Shown here: piece by piece, positions 26,304 to 38,420 of the stretch | Numbering within the stretch: position 1 is the first letter of the stretch | Layout of the letters: every line of letters begins with the position of its first letter | From: Octopus bimaculoides | Lineage: Eukaryota | Assembly: GCF_001194135.2 (NCBI RefSeq) | Contig: NC_068992.1 | Location: forward strand, 4,851,493-4,915,492 | Direction: 5' to 3' | DNA length: 64,000 bases | The notes under the pieces: model-generated | Told to the model about the DNA's origin: nothing | Seen by the model: only the letters and a program-made list of their open reading frames with translations | Database searches by the model: none | Made by a program: the position numbers and the translations under genes

Positions 26304-26976
26304 TATGTTATCACATAAAAAGGAATATATCCTATGCATAACGAATGTGTGAGTTCTCTAAATCATTTTCACACTCATAGTAACACAACGGCTAATTTAT
26401 TTTTGAACTTGTCTTTTCAGAAATACCTAAAATGAAAAACAATATTTTAAAACTATACCAGACGATTGTTTCCCAACAGTCAGAAATTTTTCTTTTCCAT
26501 TAAATAAGTCAGGAAATGAAAGACAAAAAAGAGATACATGATTCTAATTTCACTTATCATGTTTCAATGTTCTTCTTTTTATTGTACACTACATTTATTT
26601 ACTCATGAGGAAGATCTGACATAATAATTTTGTACAATTTCAAACTGACCATTCATCCCTATGACTGAAGATAACTGAACTGTGACCAAATCATGTATTT
26701 GGAATTACCATATACAGAACTATATTTCCTGTACTGATTCCATTTCATGTCGATCTGTATTTAATACTGTGGATCTCTCTTTCACTAGGAGGTCGGGCAT
26801 CTATAAAGAAGGTACTCGATTTGGTTGAAAATCTGTCATAGATAAAAAAAAAAAATGTTATTACAAATATTATTTGATATATTTGCTAAAATATTCGAAA
26901 CAAAGTACCTTTTTTACAGATGGTTAAAACAGGCAAGCAGCTTTTTACGTAACATTTACGTTTACTTTTTTCTCAG

Positions 26977-27078
26977 GTTGTCCGGGTGATGAAACAAGAT
27001 CAACCATGGAGAAATTTCAACGCAGACATTCAAAAGGAATACAGCAACGCATTTTCCCGAGAATTCATGAAAAGCTAA
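26977..27078 (+). CDS. Candidate terminal coding exon of an unknown small protein
   Basis: Strong acceptor tttacgtttactttttttctcag, then VVRVMKQDQPWRNFNADIQKEYSNAFSREFMKS*. In frame (phase 0) with 23747-23865. Confidence 0.4.
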   Translation, partial: VVRVMKQDQPWRNFNADIQKEYSNAFSREFMKS

Positions 27079-28616
27079 GCTTCATATAGACACATGTGCA
27101 TATAGATTTAAATTGAAACGCAATTTCCTGTGCAGTTTATTTGGAAGTTTCTGAATATTGTGCTTTGGCATATAAAGGAAAGATCAAATTAGTGCAAAAT
27201 ATTTCCAGTGCGATTCTCGAATATATGCAGACAAAATATCCAGTACGATTCTTTAAATTCTTTAAAGTGTTTCAGCTCCAAAACTGCTGTCATGCTGGAG
27301 CACCACCTTGTTGGGGTAAATGGAATTTGCTTTTTCTTCTTCCATATTTAATAATAATTGTGTGTGCTACGTGTAGAGCTGTAGCATTTTTCGGGTCTTG
27401 TGAAATTTATGTATGTATATCACCAATCCTCTAATATAATATTGCAGAACTCTTCCTCTAAGACTCAAACTACATCAGTGTAGTTAATTTTCAACAGGCA
27501 GAAAACAATTGTAAGTAGAATATAAATAAATATGAATGCTATCTCCTTGATATCAATCTTTGAATGTTACGTAAAATATTATAAACCGATCCTTTATTGC
27601 AAAAATCAGGAAATATATATAAAATGCAAAATTTATAATAAATCATTAAAACGAACTTAATGCCTATATGTCGCTTTAGATACAAAATATTTATTCAATG
27701 CCTACTGTTGCTGCGTATGTTTTGAAATATTTCAGATATGCATATTCAAAAATATTTTATATTTATCTGTTAATAATGCAGAAACTGCAAATACATTTCG
27801 TTCATTCACAATTGTGTTGCTAATTATAACAAGGAATATACAAATAAGTGTTGAAAGAAAGCCGATTGTTATTGAACAATTTAGATTGGAGATATGAGCT
27901 AGTATCTTTCTAAATATTTTGCCAAGGAAGCTGTGAATGCAAATTTCTTTTCAATATTTCAGTTTCCAAACGGAATTACACATGACCCATATTTACGTGC
28001 AAAATTCTATTCAAAATGCAACGGAGAGCATTCATAGAAACATTAAATATTTCTAAGTTAAAGATCTGAAATGCAATGACAATGAAACATATTTTCATCC
28101 TTTTCTTAAATCGTATTTATAACAGCAAATGTAAATGTGAAACGTATTTCATATATTGCTTGTGTCACTTGTGGTATTACGAATTGCTATATTTAATTAT
28201 CTGCATACTTAGTTCAAATTATACCTGTCTCAACTTACCAGTTTATCTCTCCGGGGTTGACGGAATAATCTAAACTTCGATATTCGAGTCAATATTATCA
28301 ACTGATGACGCCTCCCAGAATTACTGCCTTGTACTTAAAGTAGAAGTCACTATTTGTGCAGATTAAATGACGGAGAAGCATATTCTGATGTGTAATTCCT
28401 TAACATATGAAAGAGATCAGAGTATGTGGCATCTCTCAAAGCGTCTGTGACTGGTGGAGAAAAAGATGTATATTCATATTCAGACCGGAGAGTTGTGCTG
28501 AGTGATTGCATGGTTGCAAAATCGTTGATTCTGCTACGTACATTTTTAGCTCTGTTAGTGGTATTCAACCGAGTTAAATTACGATTTAATTCTATTAAAC
28601 AAAAAATGAAACTTAC

Positions 28617-28655
28617 CATTTGAATGAATTCCACATTTTCCTCTCTTCCCGTCCG
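28617..28655 (-). CDS. Candidate 39-nt exon (ADGKRGKCGIHSN)
   Basis: ttctgattgaaattcag|CGGACGGGAAGAGAGGAAAATGTGGAATTCATTCAAATG|gtaagt. Consensus donor, phase 1-1, in a locally CpG-richer segment. Confidence 0.35.
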
Positions 28656-30939
28656 CTGAATTTCAATCAGAAGTATTTTGCGGAGCCAAAGATATGCGCA
28701 GAAAATATCAATCCGGGTGATATCCATTTTTATTGAACCATATACCACACAATACCGCAGCGAATGCCTTAAAAACAGCTTCACATCTTTTCACAGATTA
28801 TGTTAATGGAAGAAGCGGGATCAGATGGCAGATGAAAGCTTCTAATAGAAACAAAGTAGCTATCTTCATCTGCATAAATATAGCAGCGGCGATAATATCT
28901 ACATGAATCTATTCCACCATAACTATAAGGACCGTTATCAATTATCAGAGAAAACGAATAGAAAGCGAAGCCCTAAATATTTGAAATTGACAGAGGTAAA
29001 TTTTATTGTAGCGGTCCCCATGCCACAATATCAACCTACGAGCTAAAATTAGCAGTACAATATCTCTGGAATTAACACTGTGTTTAAAACAGGAATATTA
29101 CTCAATATCTGAAATGAAGTTATGACGGTCATGACAGACGTAATGTTAATCCTAGTTGTGTTAGAAAAGCAATAACCTGCTACTGTAAAAGAAAGGGGAA
29201 AAACACCGTACAGAAGTATCCAAACAGATGCATAAACATGTAATAAACAGCAGCCAAATCTCTTTTAAATCATACCATAGGGTCTTAATGGTGGAAAATT
29301 AAACATGTGAAATAATAAAGAGGAATGTATTTCGTGATTGGTATATTCATTCTTATATTGTCTAGGTCTATACAATAGCAGTGAAAAGATCAACAGCAAC
29401 ATCATTAATTAGCCTTCCCTCGACATATTATGTATAATTTACGTGCTAGAAATAGGATTCCAAACTCTCCTCTTTACGCAGTTCTGATAAATTGGGACGG
29501 ACAACTATAGTATAACCATGCAAAACAATATCCAATAAATAAATAAATAAATGATTGACGTCTGTGGTAAGATTCAGTCACATCAACGGTACGGAGATAC
29601 AATTCAAAATCAGAACAGATGGGCTTGCCTATATAATATATAACCCAAACATTGAAGAATCCGACAAAAATTCTTTTTCCGTCACTGAAAAGAAAGCAAA
29701 CAGGAAAGAAAAACATATTGGCGGTGGCGGTGGCCAGAGGGATAAAGAAAAAATGGAGTTGAGTGGGAAGAAGTGGTGTAGATGGTTCTGAAATTGATCA
29801 ACCTTGTCGACACATATTCTGGACACTTTACCAGGATTGTAGACAGTATCCAAATAATAAATAACCCTCGTTTGCATAATAGCAGTACGTAAATACAGAT
29901 ATACAATATACAACGGAGAAAAATAATTACTTCTGGATGGAAAACTTCTTATGCATTCAAGCAGAAAGGCATTTCTGAAATGTATTGGATATGCGGATTG
30001 ATTACTTCAAAAACGGATAACGCATTATAAACGGGGAAGTATTTATGAATGAATTATGTACTTTGGAATATCGCATAATACAGAACGAATCTAATAAATT
30101 TCTGCAAAGCAAATACTGCTTGAGGTATCAGTTTACTGACTTGGCAACTTTTGATATACAACCGTAATTCAAATCATCTGGGATGTCAGAGACCGTAGAG
30201 GAAGAAGGGAAAATTATAAAGTTAAAATAATCCGACCCAATGTAAGAACAGAATCACAGGTTATTGTGACGGCTAGTGGACTCGATAAATCTAACAGTCT
30301 TGTTTATGATACTGTGTTGAGAAACTTCTATTATTATTGTTATGGGTAGATGAAAGTTTTCTTTAATGTAAATAAGCCATATATATTTTTTCTGATATGA
30401 ATCGAAACACAACCAAACAAACATTACAAACCCAACAGGAGGTTAAATTATCGACGCCACCTCACGTCAGTAAATAAATGTATAATAGAATTGTGAAAGC
30501 CGGTCTCGTGATTAATTCTGTTTACATACAGTGTTGTGTCTATTTATTGGTTGTCAATTAGAATAAATATATAAGGCGTGTTAGTGTTAAGATATTCTGA
30601 AAAATACTGCATTATATTAGAGTCATATGCATCTGTTGTGGATTTCGGAGATCTTTGCATCAGTGTAGCTGTCAGAAAATAATGATCCTGCCACTTTAGA
30701 TTTATGTGGGGAGATCGGCTTGATATTGAATAAGCTTAGAATACGGTACGTAACGGAATGTTTTATAATTTTATGAACAAGAACGGTAAGATATTAGCAA
30801 AAGTAATAGTTAAATTGTTGTTCTCAATTTCTAAAATCCTCTGTCTCACACAATCTATTTTGTTTTTACTTAGTAGTATGTGTCAATGATAATATTTGGC
30901 TGCAAAGAAAGAAAATTTGTGCTTAGTGTATAATATAAG

Positions 30940-31005
30940 AAAACCCCTTGAGGCGATGCTCCGACATGGCCACAGTCAAGTGACTTAAACAAATAAAAGT
31001 AAAAA
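30940..31005 (+). mobile_element. SINE 3' tail fragment
   Basis: aaccccttgaggcgatgctccgacatggccacagtcaagtgacttaaacaaataaaag. Confidence 0.6.
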
Positions 31006-31257
31006 AGGAAATCTAACAGGCCAAAAACCAATTTCTGAGATGTATCTTAATCTATTATATAGCATGGAAAGAGGGTTTAGTTTAGGTCCTATGACTTTGA
31101 AAACCCATCACTGACACATAACTACTTTTAAAAGTCTCATTAAACAGTAATATATATACTCTTTGTAGCTTATGGGAAAAGGTTTTTTCATTTAATGATT
31201 CCGTCCATAGAGATACACGATACACTTTATTGCTTTAAAAGGCAACCGATATCTTAC

Positions 31258-31295
31258 CGCTGTTGTAATCACCATGAATGTATCCTTCATCATAT
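31258..31295 (-). CDS. Candidate 38-nt exon (YDEGYIHGDYNS)
   Basis: aatatgttgcag|ATATGATGAAGGATACATTCATGGTGATTACAACAGCG|gtaaga. Open in phase 2-to-1. Confidence 0.25.
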
Positions 31296-31814
31296 CTGCA
31301 ACATATTCCAAAGCATTCCTTGAGCATGTTAGAAACGATGGGTAAAGAAATGAGGTTGCTTACATATTACTTAGCCATTCACTGTCAAGTTTCGAAACAC
31401 TGAATTTCTAGTACTGATTCATGAATATTACTGAAGAAAAATGTATGCTGTTGGAACTGCATAGAACTGTACATATGATCCACTGATATTAAATTCTGGG
31501 GAGTCATTCATACTTTCAATCATATTAACAGCATATTTTAGACTTTATTTAAGCCCCAGTACAAAATTAATATTTGAAATATATCAACCGAATGAAATCA
31601 AATATATCATAATATTTCGTATATCAAATACGTACAGTACATTAATTTACGACAGATTCTTACTTTGGTTACCCCGCCTTCTAAAATGAGAATGTAGAGA
31701 TATGCATGTTACATTGTCGAAATAATTTTGTGGGGCTATATCTTGAAGTACGGACTCATAATCTAATTAATGATTGAGGAATTATAATTAATCACAATAG
31801 TTAAACGCGTGTTT

Positions 31815-32135
31815 ATCTCTTGAAAACATGTTTGTGACGGCCGTAAGCGAAACCAGGATTGCCAGAACACATGATCTAGCTTCTACAGCTGAAGATTTTG
31901 TTATGTACGCATAAGTTAGTAGGCCTGAAATGAGAGGCGCGGTAGCGGTGGTTTTTCGGAAAGACCTGGATAAACGAAGTACGTAGATCATCCTGGACTC
32001 AGATGATAGTCGAGGGTCCTGGATATGAGCAATAGCGAATGAGTGCTTTTAGACTCGTCACAGTGAGCGCTTCGACTGGTGCGAGGCAGCCAGATTTCTT
32101 CAGAATTTGGAGGTTTCTTTGGGACGTCCCGCCGT
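31815..32135 (+). mobile_element. L1/Tx1-clade non-LTR retrotransposon, APE endonuclease fragment
   Basis: VTAVSETRIA...FVMYA*VSRPEMRGAVAVVFRKDLD...IILDSD, then with frameshifts VLDMSNS..AFRLVTVSASTGARQPDFFR. This is the APE pattern (xxETR; GGVAVLFRK; FRLVAVYAP). Confidence 0.8.
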
Positions 32136-34365
32136 ACAGAACTCAAATTTGTGTTCTGTGCAGTTGACCTATTGTCGGTTAGCACAATTGTCAACAGCCA
32201 ACAGTGAACAGCCCGAAATGAAGCAATCAGATTAGACACAGCATGAATTCTACAAGAATCATGGCTCTCAATTTTAGATAACGAAAAATAAATAATTTGC
32301 AGGTGTATGTTCATGTTTACGACATTCATACTGATTTATGGGGAAGTAGGTGGATCTGTGAGAAAGTAAAAAGAAAACAGAAGATTTCTCCCCGAAAGAT
32401 TAAACACTTTCGTTAGATTTTTTGATTGAGTAGTTTTGATTAAAATAACTTGCAATAAATTAAAATCTGTACAACCTCAAGGACCTTTTCTTTAATGCAA
32501 GGACTTTATTAGGAACACATTGTCTCAAGGAAGATGTGTTTCAATGACAGTAATCAGTATATACGGGTTTTAATCTGCCACATCGTATTAAAAATGGATA
32601 CGCTATTGTTGAAGTATCTGTTGTACTGGCTACAAAACATGATTTATTGATTCGTTTTTAAGGAAAATTATATTCCCCGAGTAGTCATAATTTAACCATT
32701 AAAATATGTCTGATCATAACTATGTTATTTGTAATTAATAATATTAAGAATATCGGATTTAACATATATGTAGCATTGATTTAAATACATCTTACTATTC
32801 TGAAAATACTAATAATCTTTCTTTTTTTTTTCTACTACATTCCAAGCAAAATGGCAGGGCAACTATTATTCTTCTCTATTTGAAAACTTATCAACTGATT
32901 AATCAGAGGGAAATTTGCAGTCTGTCGGAGGAAACACAGTTAAAGAATTAGTAAAAATTGTGAGTAGATATTATTAAGGTTAGATTACGGTAGCTTGAGG
33001 AACGTATGTAGACCCGCCTCGGGGTTTACTCCACTATATATTCGAAAGGGAAAATATCAATGTCAATCCAATGCATATCCGTGGAAGTAGTATAGAAATA
33101 TGTATGTATGAATGCATGTATGTATATGTCTGTGTGTGAGTGTATGTGGTTTATTAAGCGACTCACAATGTTAGTATTAAACTGACAGATAAATCGGTGT
33201 GTTAAAATTATAGCTGAAATTACCTTGAAAATTTCTCAATTAGCACAGGTAAACACTACTTGCGAGTGGATATAACTTAGTAATACGCGCATTACTATCG
33301 CTAATTATGTGAGGTGCGTAAGGTAGTGTCGATCATACACATACTCTAAATAAGTCCCCTTACACTTGGCACATTTGTATATTTCTTGGATGCGACTCCA
33401 GGAAGAAGAGTTTGCAGCTGTACACAAGCGGTACACTGAGTATATCATAGTGGACCAGAATAAGGAGAAATAAAGGGTTTGCTCCGTGACACAAGATTCT
33501 GCAAGTTCTTTAAAATTTAAGTCATGATTTTAGACGATCACCTTCACTTGTAATTAGTGTGTCTTCACAATCACTCGTATAAATCTTATGAAATAATCAT
33601 AGGGATTTCAATTACAGACTTATGTATGAAAATGAATATAGCATTTATCAGAATCTTGTTCGATCAGGGCTGAAATAGCTCATCCAGTATCAACAACAAT
33701 GGTTTCACACAAATTAATATCGAATAATATCTAAGACGCTGAAATACAACTTCTTTATAAATGCTTACTGTAGTGTAGAGTTACTCACTTCAGAATTAAT
33801 CTGGCGATTTCCCATATCTGGTATAATAACTCATGAATCCTAAATGCAAGTTTTATGTCGTATGTATCTGCTACGAAAGCCTGCGATATTCATTTTATCG
33901 ATTTGTACCATAGCAATATATTTAGGAAACGGCAATCTTATGAGAGAGTACTGTTTACACGAAAGAGAAATATGTTGAATATCACAATCCATACTCAAGT
34001 GGGAAGTAAATAATATAATACTTAGTATTCATTCTTGAAGCACTTTCAACCCAATAATGTCTAACTTGGAAATGAACATTTTTCAACAAATCCATTTTAA
34101 TTCACATTTATACGAGATAAAGTTGCATTTTCTTTCTGCGAAATTCGAACGAATACTCACAGTTAAATAACTTCATTAGAAGTTCGAGTCATGTTAGTGC
34201 GAAGACAGATGAAATATATTAGATCAAGTACCTCATAAAGTTTTGCTAAATTACACTCAAGCGATTGCATAAGTTAGAATTTGCAATAAAAAAAATGTGA
34301 AGTTTCAGATAATCAAGAAGTCTAAAAATCATGTTCCTTCTAAAAAATATTCCCTTGATTCTTCT

Positions 34366-34423
<58 letters not shown>

Positions 34424-35295
34424 NNNNNNNNNNNNNNNNNNNNNNNNNNNNNNNNNNNNNNNNNNNNNNNNNNNNNNNNNNNNNNNNNNNNNNNNNNNNN
34501 NNNNNNNNNNNNNNNNNNNNNNNNNNNNNNNNNNNNNNNNNNNNNNNNNNNNNNNNNNNNNNNNNNNNNNNNNNNNNNNNNNNNNNNNNNNNNNNNNNNN
34601 NNNNNNNNNNNNNNNNNNNNNNNNNNNNNNNNNNNNNNNNNNNNNNNNNNNNNNNNNNNNNNNNNNNNNNNNNNNNNNNNNNNNNNNNNNNNNNNNNNNN
34701 NNNNNNNNNNNNNNNNNNNNNNNNNNNNNNNNNNNNNNNNNNNNNNNNNNNNNNNNNNNNNNNNNNNNNNNNNNNNNNNNNNNNNNNNNNNNNNNNNNNN
34801 NNNNNNNNNNNNNNNNNNNNNNNNNNNNNNNNNNNNNNNNNNNNNNNNNNNNNNNNNNNNNNNNNNNNNNNNNNNNNNNNNNNNNNNNNNNNNNNNNNNN
34901 NNNNNNNNNNNNNNNNNNNNNNNNNNNNNNNNNNNNNNNNNNNNNNNNNNNNNNNNNNNNNNNNNNNNNNNNNNNNNNNNNNNNNNNNNNNNNNNNNNNN
35001 NNNNNNNNNNNNNNNNNNNNNNNNNNNNNNNNNNNNNNNNNNNNNNNNNNNNNNNNNNNNNNNNNNNNNNNNNNNNNNNNNNNNNNNNNNNNNNNNNNNN
35101 NNNNNNNNNNNNNNNNNNNNNNNNNNNNNNNNNNNNNNNNNNNNNNNNNNNNNNNNNNNNNNNNNNNNNNNNNNNNNNNNNNNNNNNNNNNNNNNNNNNN
35201 NNNNNNNNNNNNNNNNNNNNNNNNNNNNNNNNNNNNNNNNNNNNNNNNNNNNNNNNNNNNNNNNNNNNNNNNNNNNNNNNNNNNNNNNNNNNNNN
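34424..35295. other. Largest assembly gap. Others: 1044-1306, 2167-2447, 3831-4103, 22982-22991, 35863-35938, 37455-37464, 43906-44116, 49865-49994, 56479-56982, 60298-60433, 63429-63438
   Basis: N runs, each flanked by (AT)n, (CA)n or (CT)n, consistent with short-read assembly breaking at microsatellites. Confidence 0.98.
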
Positions 35296-36679
35296 TATAT
35301 ATATATATATATATATCTACATACATATAACTGAGATGTACTTCCATAGCAAGTGACCTGATCTGAGATTATGTGCTGGAACAAAAACAGTTGCAACGTG
35401 GAACGTGCTTATAAGCCAGTTAAAACATGCAAAAACCATTCGATTTACTTCAACATTTAAATTTAATATTTTCGTTGCTTTGAGACCGCGATCTATTCAC
35501 TGACAGCACGACAAATAGTGTATGAGGTAGAGTTTCACGTAGATTATCACTATCTAGTCAGTTTCCAATATAGAGGTGAGACTGCCACTGGACTTAGCGT
35601 TTCTGGTTATATGTAGGGGAAAATTAGGATGAACAAAATATAACTTATTAGTTCTTTCGTACGATTCACCATGATAGTAGTTTGGAACTAAGTGTGGAAT
35701 GGACGTTTCGATGCCTAACGCAATGGGTCACCGGTGTGACATATTATTCCAATCATTTGAAGAATGTCATACATATATATGTGGGTGGGTGTGTGTAGTG
35801 AGTATAAGTCTATGTCGAGTGAGTGTGTGTATATGAATGTATATATATATATATATATATATNNNNNNNNNNNNNNNNNNNNNNNNNNNNNNNNNNNNNN
35901 NNNNNNNNNNNNNNNNNNNNNNNNNNNNNNNNNNNNNNATATATAAATGTGTGTGTTTGTGTGTGGTGTGACTGTGTGCGTGAGAGGAAGTTTCTTCTCT
36001 CTTTCATGCGACATGTAAAGGGTTTCTTTCTCTGTAAACCAAAGGAGATAGCCTCTTTGTCGGTATAATTCTCTAAATTGGTATTCGACATTATCTAATG
36101 TCCGTTTACATTTACGTAAAACTTCAGGATAGAATTAAAATAGACATTGTGTATTCAAGTTAAATGCAAATATATTACTGATTTTACCAATAAAACGATA
36201 CTCTCTATCGTAATCCAGCGTTAGTATTTGATGACAATGTATTGGCCGTGTTATTTTATACTTGAAAATCTCACCGGATATTGCACGCTGATAAAATATT
36301 TGCCCTATGTAATGGATTTCCGATAGACAAATAGCAGGCTTCATGCCAAGGAAGAAAGTATACTTTTATCCACGAAGAAAATCTTCATGTAATGTTTATT
36401 TTTAAATCTTTGCGTTATTTGACAATTTGTACAGTTCGATGTAGAATAAAATTTCAGATTCAAAACTGAAGATTTAAAATGTACAGGAGAACGACAATTA
36501 GAATGAACCTGGGAGGAAAGTTATATCTGTATGCATATATTTTCATATATACTATATATATTATATATTATATATACATATATAATAGATGTAGATATGT
36601 CTTATATACATATATATATATAATATATATATAAATCTTGATATGTACATATGTATAAAATGACATATATATATTTGTA

Positions 36680-37290
36680 TGAGGGTCTAAAATATGTGCC
36701 CCCTTTCTAACGTTATTGCTGTTAACGTTCCTCACCAGAAAAGTATTTTTTCTTCAGTGTTGTATGTTTGCGTTGTAGCTCTATTTCCTCCTTCTCAAAT
36801 TATGTATATCCTTTTTGAAATTTGAATAAATTTCACTATTAGATATATATGAAGCCGAGTGGAAGAAAAAGAGCGTTAACTTTTCCTCAATTTCAAACAA
36901 TCTCCCAAAGCTACTAAACATATATAGGGCTATGAATGAAAGAATTGAACGGAAGTGGTTTCACCATTCAAGGAGGAGAAATTCTAACTCAAAGTCTCTC
37001 TCTGTTGTAGATAATGTGTTCCGTTCAATGGGAATTAAATAAACGAGTTTATACCTGTGGAAAGTTGCGAGTCAACTAGGGAATTCTCCCATCGACATAG
37101 AAGATTTCAGAATACCGGCTCCAATCTCTTCCAATGAATAAGCAGTCCAGATGAACCGACATGACCGGCAACATACGGTGCTTCTTCAACAGGACAACGA
37201 CTCCTCTCAGGACAGAGTATTTCATTTAGGATGATCAACTGCTTCCAACGCATTCTCCGAGTTGAGCGATTCCCTATAGAAACGTTCGTA
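36680..37290 (+). mobile_element. Strongly decayed mariner-like element
   Basis: It begins TATGAGGG, similar to the TACGAGGG start of mariner TIRs. It contains aagtggtttcaccattcaaggaggagaaattc (KWF...like the mariner HTH region) and TVLLQQDND...LG*, resembling the second-D region. Confidence 0.45.
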
Positions 37291-37731
37291 AGTCGTTAAA
37301 TACAAAGATAGATAAGGGTTAATATTATTGAAAGCATTTGACAATCGACCATTGTATATATATGCGTATTATAGATATTAGATCTATCTATTTAACTGCC
37401 TCTCTCTCTCCCTCTGTCCTTGTGTCTGTCTGTCTGTCTGTCTGTCTGTCTCCCNNNNNNNNNNATATATATATATATATATATACATACATATATATGT
37501 CATTGAAACAGATATTAAACAGACACAGAAATGTTCATAAATTGATTATATTTTCTCCTCATGATAATTAAATATGCTGACTGTAGTGTTTTAATAATTA
37601 ATATAAAATTATCTACATAAGAGATTTAGAAAACTATCATTAAATTGCAATTAATCCATGCCAAGCAAAACGTTTATTCCAATAATATGCAAAAGCTTAG
37701 CAATACTTGTTTCCAGGAACAGATTACATAC

Positions 37732-37746
37732 CGGCGCCTATCATCT
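37732..37746 (-). CDS. Candidate 15-nt micro-exon (EMIGA)
   Basis: aataattttacag|AGATGATAGGCGCCG|gtatgt. Phase 1-1 and open. Confidence 0.3.
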
Positions 37747-38218
37747 CTGTAAAATTATTTGCAGGTTAAGCAATCTATAAGGTATTTTGCCCTCGACTGA
37801 CATTATTTTAATTGCTACGCCTCCCAGTAATTCATGTGCTTGGGGAGATTTAACTACTAGAAATAGCAGATACACGTATGCATGAGCACACACTCATACC
37901 TAAATACAAAACACACACACATACACACACGTACACACACACCCACACACATACACACACGTACACACACACCCACACACATACACACAAAACATATATA
38001 TACACATAAAACAGCCACTGTTACTACCCTGAAAATTCTCTCCTGAAAGCATTTCCAAGTCCGAGAACCAATGAAAAGAAATGTGTTAAGATGCTGCGCA
38101 GTATGCCTGAACACGAACACATAGCGTATGTGTGCTTGTTTATAGATATAGCTTTGTGTATGTGCGTGTATAATGCGCTTCCTTATATTTTCGGTATTAA
38201 CGAGGTTATATTTGGACA

Positions 38219-38420
38219 TACGAGACGGGCTGAAAATATTCTGGCTTTCGGTAAAAGAAAATACGGGAGGATCAGTCAATTACGACCTTTTTCGGCATAT
38301 TCCCCTCTCAACTTTACAAACTCATTGCAGAGGTCCATTTTTAATAACCCCTGTAAAAGAACTCAGAATGTTGGGTCTCAAACTAGGCGTTTTTCGATAA
38401 ATTTAAATCCAGGATATTTA
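38219..38420 (+). mobile_element. Non-autonomous mariner-derived MITE
   Basis: The left end is TACGAGACGGGCTGAAAATATTCTGGCTTT. The right-end remnant AAATCCAGGATATTT (38405-38419) is an imperfect reverse complement of it. The roughly 200-bp internal sequence has no ORF. Confidence 0.7.

Noticed and set aside
27498-27510. Plus-strand 13-nt micro-exon-like site (ttttcaacag|GCAGAAAACAATT|gtaagt); a similar one at 55699-55731
   Set aside because: No supporting context. Recorded as evidence that chance micro-exon matches are common in this sequence.
28350-28784. 144-aa minus-strand ORF from the track
   Set aside because: No recognisable domain, and it reads through a consensus splice donor. Only the 39-nt internal segment is retained as an exon candidate.
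35700-35740. GAAACGTC (minus strand), resembling a hammerhead 3' half; similar at about 16415
   Set aside because: No CUGANGA core and no stem II upstream.
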